The position numbers and the translations under genes are program-made. This document shows positions 49,162 through 54,385 of a stretch of 54,385 nucleotides of DNA, piece after piece. The stretch comes from a virus. Its lineage: Duplodnaviria; Caudoviricetes. The notes under the pieces were generated by a model. That model was given only the letters and a program-made list of their open reading frames with translations. It did no database searches and was not told the origin of the DNA. Within the stretch, counting starts at the first letter, position 1; each line of letters starts with the position of its first letter. The DNA lies in the IMG/VR virus record IMGVR_UViG_3300045952_000282, positions 1 through 54,385 of that record; one strand, 5' to 3'.

Positions 49162-49601
49162 GCTGCGCTGTTGACCTCCGCCGTCGCTTCGGATTCGCTG
49201 TCGGTACCGAGCGACGGTTCGTCGAAAAAACTGAGGAAGTTCACCTCGACAGAGAAGAACGCGACCTTCAGCAGTGTCGGCAACTTTCCGTAGAAAACCT
49301 TTTCAACCACTCGCGGATCAGTGAGCTCGACGAACTTCGCTTGCTCGCCATCCTTCTCCGCATATAACGCGCGTGCGCCGCGCAGGAGCGAAGACACCAG
49401 CTTCCGCACCTGATCTGGCGGAAGGATTTTACAGACGCGAAGAAAGAGCAGCAGGTTCGGCCGCGTGAGGTTGCCTAGGTCCTGCTCTACATCAATCGCG
49501 CCAAGGATTTGAGAACTGAGCTCCAGAGCGTCCCACACAGGGAGCTGCGTGATCGTGATCTCTAACCCGTCGATGGTACGGGTCTCGGTTTTTGGTCCCA
49601 C
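49158..49601 (-). CDS. Tail assembly chaperone
   Basis: Between tube and TMP; ends ...VNFLSFF. Confidence 0.8.
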   Translation of the reverse strand: MGPKTETRTIDGLEITITQLPVWDALELSSQILGAIDVEQDLGNLTRPNLLLFLRVCKILPPDQVRKLVSSLLRGARALYAEKDGEQAKFVELTDPRVVEKVFYGKLPTLLKVAFFSVEVNFLSFFDEPSLGTDSESEATAEVNSAA

Positions 49602-49633
49602 AGTTCTGCTCCTAACCGCAGGCGGTCGCCTGC

Positions 49634-50074
49634 TTAGCCGACGATGATTTGCCCACCTACCAGCTTGCTCAACCTGGCGCAGTCAATCATCCACTCGACG
49701 GTACCGGCTGCAGCGCCGCGGCCAACCTCGGGATACCCTTGGATCCAGGCGGCCGGTGCAGCAACGAGCGTGGTACCGCTGAGGTCTTTCAGCATGAAAG
49801 GTCGAATCCCGGTCCCAAGTTCCTCGTCTTCTGCCAGTATCGCCGACAGCAGATCGTTCGTCGGGCTAGCTTGAAGAAGAGTGAGCGTAACCGTCCCGTC
49901 GCGCCTTCGTTTACGCACACGCACAACATCTCCGCCGGCACCGGCGGTCATCTCGAAGGTCGGCTCGGTGCGTTTAACCGTCACGAAGTCTTCGGGGCCG
50001 TACCCGGTAATGAGAATGGGGCCGAAGGTCACAGTAACGAGGCCCGGATCATAGGTATGAAGTAGTTCAGCCAC
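49634..50074 (-). CDS. Tail tube protein (DUF3277-like)
   Basis: TYDP..V.V.FG, G.VTLTLLQ.SP.N..LS, KDLSG. Confidence 0.9.
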   Translation of the reverse strand: MAELLHTYDPGLVTVTFGPILITGYGPEDFVTVKRTEPTFEMTAGAGGDVVRVRKRRRDGTVTLTLLQASPTNDLLSAILAEDEELGTGIRPFMLKDLSGTTLVAAPAAWIQGYPEVGRGAAAGTVEWMIDCARLSKLVGGQIIVG

Positions 50075-50083
50075 GTTCGCTCC

Positions 50084-51718
50084 TTAGACGGATACCGTTC
50101 CAGTCACGGTGACTTTGTGGATAGCGCCCGCCAGGGTGCCGGAGAATTTGACATTGGGAAGCAGGCGCAGCGCTTTGTCGCTGGTGCTGACGCTCGCCAC
50201 CTTCGGGACAGTGACTGCCGGCGCCGGATTCCGCGCAAAGATTCGTCGATCAACTGCACGCTGACACGACGCGCGTACAGCGCACTCGATAACGGACACA
50301 CCCTCGTCTTCGAACGGGATTTTCTCCGCGCCCGCGAGCGCGCCGAAGACTTCTTTCGACATGTCATCTTCGAGCCAGTCGAGATTGCGACGGTTGTCTA
50401 TAAACAGGAAGGTGCTGCTTCCGACGGTGCCTTCAAACGTGATCGCCACACCGGCAACTTCCTCGTACGAATTGGCGCGCCGGTTGACGAGATTAAGGCG
50501 TTGCGTCGCGGTGAGATTCACTGGCGTCACGCCGGCCAGATTGCGGAACTTCCAGGTGCCGGCACCCGGCTCGATCGGGAGACAGCGGCCCATCCACGCG
50601 GACGAGAAGAACTCTGCAGGAGACGGGTGATAAGACCCGAACGTATATGAGTAGCTCTCGTTCTTGATTTCCTGCAGTGTGTCTGTGTTGGCTTCGTTCT
50701 CTGCGACCGTGATCGCATCAGTCTCGTTCACGGTTGGGCCGTAGAGCTTCCGATTCGTCTCGCACCACGCTGCGGCCGTGAGCACGTAGCTGCGGGAGTT
50801 ATACAGAGTGACCAACGCGTACCAGCTAGAATCCTCGAGAAGGATGGCAGCGAGGTCATCGTCGACGTCCGCGTCGGCGTGAGTCTGCTCGATCGACAGA
50901 TCAGCCGGGTCCACTTCCAGGGAGAACCAATCGCCGGCCGCGGTACCAGTGACGACGATACCTGCATACGGAGAGACGGTGTTTGCAGTGTCGCTAATGG
51001 TTTGAGTCCCGGTGCCATCATCACTCAGAGGTTGAGCGGTGCCTGCCAGCGCGTTAGCGAGGGACGTAGCTAGCTGACCTTTCGTCGTGGTGACTTTGAT
51101 GTACCAGTAGTCGGTGAGCGCGGTCAGACCTGAAGGCAGCGCACCGCCGGCGTTGCTGACTTGGAACGGTCCGTCTCCGGTTTCAAGTGTGACAGGCGCG
51201 GCAAAATTGATAGAGTCGTCGTCGGCCTCTCCGGTGAACTCAGTGTCCGAGAAAACTAGCGGCTGAAACGTCGCCGTGTAGTTCTTATCGACGATCGTAT
51301 TCAGATCAGTCAGCAACCCGTTCGCGATCTCTTGTCGGGTGGCAGCGGTATCGCTTGCGTAGGTAGCGCTCTCGGCGTCGAAGCCCTCGCCATCAGCAGC
51401 GATCGAGTACGTGTGCGAATTCCGCACGGACGCTACAGCGATCTCATACTTCTGCGTCACCGCGCCGGCGGCACGACCGATCGCGATAGTCTCCGGGTGC
51501 GGAGACTGCGAGAAGAGAGCGACGGCCGCGCGATACTCAGGGCTCGAAGAATCGGCGAAGTCTTCGGCGACCCCGGCGATATCGGTGTAGAAACGAATCC
51601 GTTCCGGGAAAGTCGCGTTGTGGCTCAGGATCAACGGAATCCCAAAGCCGGCTCGCGCAATCCCGAGCGAATCTTGAGTAATAGTTAAACTGACATGATT
51701 CGACAGTGCGCCAGCCAC
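50084..51718 (-). CDS. Tail sheath protein (DUF3383-like) with inserted domain
   Basis: AGFGIPLI, FSQSP.P, TWKF..L.GV, KIPF...G, LAGAIH.V.V.G; GTG 51718 lies 6 nt after TATACT. Confidence 0.92.
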   Translation of the reverse strand: MAGALSNHVSLTITQDSLGIARAGFGIPLILSHNATFPERIRFYTDIAGVAEDFADSSSPEYRAAVALFSQSPHPETIAIGRAAGAVTQKYEIAVASVRNSHTYSIAADGEGFDAESATYASDTAATRQEIANGLLTDLNTIVDKNYTATFQPLVFSDTEFTGEADDDSINFAAPVTLETGDGPFQVSNAGGALPSGLTALTDYWYIKVTTTKGQLATSLANALAGTAQPLSDDGTGTQTISDTANTVSPYAGIVVTGTAAGDWFSLEVDPADLSIEQTHADADVDDDLAAILLEDSSWYALVTLYNSRSYVLTAAAWCETNRKLYGPTVNETDAITVAENEANTDTLQEIKNESYSYTFGSYHPSPAEFFSSAWMGRCLPIEPGAGTWKFRNLAGVTPVNLTATQRLNLVNRRANSYEEVAGVAITFEGTVGSSTFLFIDNRRNLDWLEDDMSKEVFGALAGAEKIPFEDEGVSVIECAVRASCQRAVDRRIFARNPAPAVTVPKVASVSTSDKALRLLPNVKFSGTLAGAIHKVTVTGTVSV

Positions 51719-51724
51719 GTTCAA

Positions 51725-51753
51725 AGTATAGCGTCGACGGGTCGACGGTGCTA
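51725..51753 (-). promoter_or_regulatory. Promoter TAGCAC-17-TATACT with two GTCGAC in the spacer
   Basis: Same layout as 18092..18120. Confidence 0.65.
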
Positions 51754-51785
51754 CGTTGTCGGGAACGCTGATTTTTACTGTCTTT

Positions 51786-53360
51786 TCAGTAGGCTATAGT
51801 CCAGCCCAACGTCGACAGCAGCGTTTTGTTTGCGAGGCCGGCAGCGATCAGTGCCTGCGCCTGCGCCGGCTCCCAAAGAGCCCAATAACCGTAGCGACTG
51901 ATCCGGGTAGTCCCGCCAAAGGCCCCGATATGAGCTCCGACCAGATCAGAAACACCCTCCCAGTGGGTAACCGAGAACTGCTCCAGGTCGGTGAAGCACT
52001 TGGTTTCGTTGGTTACTGCGTTGCGGACTATTAAATACGGATGTACGGCTGCCAAGCCATCATGGGCAAGAGTGCCAAACGCCTGGATCCCGTTGGTAAA
52101 AACGCCCGGCCTATTGGTTACGCCGCCCACCGTGAGCGCCGGCCCACGATTAACTATCCCCGATCCGCCAGCACTAGCGAGCTGTCGCGTCGCTGTATTC
52201 GAGGCGAATGACGCATAGATGAGCATGGCCACAGACTCTCCGCTGGCGATGATTCGAGCGGCTCTCTCCCACCGGGCATTAGCGGTGTCGACGGAAAAGC
52301 CCACGAACTTCCGCGTCCAAGCGGCGACACTCTGCTGGTAGAGGTGATTCGAACCGCCAGCGGTCGCATTCTGTCCGCCCAACTGATCGACAAGCGAACC
52401 GCTCGTCTCCTGGCATAGGTAAAGATGCGTGGGCGACGGAATCTCTAACTGAGCCCAATGAGCCGCCGTCTCCGGGACGTATGCGCTATCCGGCCCGTCG
52501 CTCGGCACTACGTCGAGTTCAGGTGGCATCTCGTCCGGCGGGATCCGAGTTGTACGGCCCGTGTTCGTGTGGGTTACGTCAGTGCGCTCGATAAACGTAC
52601 CGGTCTCAGAAACTTCATCAGCGAGGTATCCGAAGACGCGTAAATGCGCACGCGGTTCTAGGACAGTCTGTCCAACAGCGCTTGTTACGTCGAGAACAGG
52701 TTCAAACCGAGAAATCCCGATACCCGCCGCTATGAGTGCGTTGCGAACGGACGGAAGTTGAGCTTTAGTGATGACGTTGTTCAATAGAGCGACGGCCATA
52801 TTAGAACCGGCCGGTGACGCGTCGAAGCAACGCACCTCGAGTACGAACTCACGAAGACCTTGGACTTTATGATCGATTTCAGAGCCGGCCAGTGTCGTCG
52901 TGTGGTTGCTAACAAGCATCTGGCTACCGCTGCCTTCGCTCGTAATGCTGACCGCTGTGTATGCTTCCGCAGCCGCTCTAAGAAAACTGTTGGCGATTTT
53001 GAAAGTGTCGGCACCCGTTCGGATAATCCAGAACTTTGTCTCGCTATCGACACCACCGGGCAAGTCGTCGCCGAGGAAATGTACCGGCCCTGTACCGCTC
53101 GTCAAACCGTGTGCGGTTACCGTAAACTCGTCAGTGTCCGGGTCAACCGACTCGATAGTTAAGTTGAACGAAATGAGCCGGTCGGTGCGACGAGTCCAAT
53201 CGCGACCCAGTCGACGCACCGACTGGATCTCCATATCGACAAATGTCCCCTGTGGCTGGCCGCCGTTCTGATTCGCCCAGATTACTTTCGCGTCCGCGAG
53301 ACCAGTTCCGGCTTCGATCCAATTCTGGATAGCTAACTGGACTGTAGACCAAGCGATCAT
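51786..53360 (-). CDS. Tail terminator/neck protein with inserted domain and C-terminal LamG-like domain
   Basis: N-terminal VIWANQ...P; position before the sheath gene; C-terminal HLY...E.SG...D..G lectin-like pattern. Confidence 0.65.
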   Translation of the reverse strand: MIAWSTVQLAIQNWIEAGTGLADAKVIWANQNGGQPQGTFVDMEIQSVRRLGRDWTRRTDRLISFNLTIESVDPDTDEFTVTAHGLTSGTGPVHFLGDDLPGGVDSETKFWIIRTGADTFKIANSFLRAAAEAYTAVSITSEGSGSQMLVSNHTTTLAGSEIDHKVQGLREFVLEVRCFDASPAGSNMAVALLNNVITKAQLPSVRNALIAAGIGISRFEPVLDVTSAVGQTVLEPRAHLRVFGYLADEVSETGTFIERTDVTHTNTGRTTRIPPDEMPPELDVVPSDGPDSAYVPETAAHWAQLEIPSPTHLYLCQETSGSLVDQLGGQNATAGGSNHLYQQSVAAWTRKFVGFSVDTANARWERAARIIASGESVAMLIYASFASNTATRQLASAGGSGIVNRGPALTVGGVTNRPGVFTNGIQAFGTLAHDGLAAVHPYLIVRNAVTNETKCFTDLEQFSVTHWEGVSDLVGAHIGAFGGTTRISRYGYWALWEPAQAQALIAAGLANKTLLSTLGWTIAY

Positions 53361-53713
53361 GGCCGATCCTTTCTAGATACATACGCGCGGTAATGCGTCA
53401 CGCCTATGTACGTCCAGTCCTCGACTTTAAAAACCTCGTACGTTGAGCCGTCGATAGAGATGCTGTCTGGAGCCTGAGTCGCCGTGCGCGTTAATAGCTG
53501 CGTGGTTGTGTAGAGAACTCGCGTCTCGTCAGTGCGCTGGCCTTCGGGCAAAACCTGCAGATCGCGGCCACTCAAAGGCTGCACCGACGCAACAATTGAG
53601 AAGCTGGACGTAGAGCCGGCGGATAATATTCCGCCAGAATACGACCCGGCTCCGGTGCGCGTGACTGTATAGGTACCAGTCGCGAAGGTCGCAATAGCGT
53701 CGTTAATACTCAC
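53357..53713 (-). CDS. Head closure protein
   Basis: ASVQP....LQ.LPEG.R; D.I...G..YEV. Confidence 0.8.
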   Translation of the reverse strand: MSINDAIATFATGTYTVTRTGAGSYSGGILSAGSTSSFSIVASVQPLSGRDLQVLPEGQRTDETRVLYTTTQLLTRTATQAPDSISIDGSTYEVFKVEDWTYIGVTHYRAYVSRKDRP

Positions 53714-54225
53714 TCAACCTCCCACGTGATAGCGCCGAGCAACCGGCCAGTATCAACGAGAGGACGCCGCGAACCCTTCCGCTCGATCGTCGCAGGCGCG
53801 TTCGGAGGCGGCACGCCAGCTCCGGTCGTGATCGTTTTCTTGACAAGGGTCGCGCCCCACGCGCCCAAGCGCCCAAGCGCACGCGCGGCCGACGGCCTCG
53901 GCTTCTGTCGCTTCCAGAACGCCAAGCTGCGTAGCGTCGAGCGAGTACGCGAGAACACAAACTGACTCGCCAGTTCAGCGATCTTCTTCGCTACCTCTTC
54001 GCGATTCTGCTCGAACGTACGGCGAATGAACGAGCGCTGCGGCACGCCGGCGCGCGGCGACCCGAACTCGTGGATCGCGGCCAGCTCGACCGCGCTGATT
54101 CCCACTTGCACGCGCCTGTCGCTACTCTTCAGAACGCCAACCTTTACTGACGAACTCCCGAGCTTCGCGAGTTGCCGCTTTAGCGCTAACCCCTCGCGCG
54201 TCCATTTAGGTTTACGACGCGCCAT
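53710..54225 (-). CDS. Neck / tail-completion protein
   Basis: AAIHEFG...P.RSFIR; PNAP.TI.RKGS..PL.DTG.L. Confidence 0.85.
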   Translation of the reverse strand: MARRKPKWTREGLALKRQLAKLGSSSVKVGVLKSSDRRVQVGISAVELAAIHEFGSPRAGVPQRSFIRRTFEQNREEVAKKIAELASQFVFSRTRSTLRSLAFWKRQKPRPSAARALGRLGAWGATLVKKTITTGAGVPPPNAPATIERKGSRRPLVDTGRLLGAITWEVE

Positions 54226-54385
54226 GAGTCACCCAACGACGGCGAACCTCGCCATTGTCCCGCGAAGAAGGGTTCGGTACTCCTGACCGAATACGGTCTT
54301 GTCGAATGTCGGGTCGGTCCCGTCCGGTGAGAACGCCATATACTGACGACTCAATCCGCCAGCGGACTCACCGATGACAGTTCCG
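53977..54385. repeat. Terminal overlap, right copy (divergent allele of 1..409)
   Basis: Colinear with 1..409 at offset 53976; includes the 3' end of a variant DUF4054 gene. Confidence 0.95.

Overview
This window looks like a complete, circularly permuted genome (unit length about 53,976 bp) of a GC-rich temperate myovirus. The two ends overlap by 409 nt, of which only the first 111 nt are identical. The minus strand carries the head genes (DUF1073-type portal, gpF-like minor head, DUF2213 protease plus separate scaffold, DUF2184 major capsid), TerS/TerL, a contractile tail (DUF3383 sheath, tube, tape measure, baseplate, fibres), lysis genes, a T5 A1-like nuclease, a C5 methyltransferase, a dNMP kinase and an RpoD-like sigma factor. 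The plus strand carries the integration cassette (attP = 3' half of tRNA-Thr(CGT) with arm repeats, tyrosine integrase, Xis-like protein) and a replication module (primase-helicase, Cas4-like nuclease, SF2 helicase, SSB, dUTPase, PolA, N4/N6 methyltransferase, RuvC). Four observations stand out. (1) The C5 methyltransferase is encoded as two fully overlapping reading frames crossed by a (CT)15 slippage tract, making it a candidate phase-variable phage methylase. (2) GTCGAC palindromes sit inside nearly every recognisable sigma70-type promoter, and many of these promoters appear to drive leaderless mRNAs. (3) Portal and large terminase both begin with a homologous CxH...CPxC peptide. (4) PolA carries a DnaJ-type zinc-finger insertion. 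All family assignments come from motif recognition by eye and synteny; no database searches were run.
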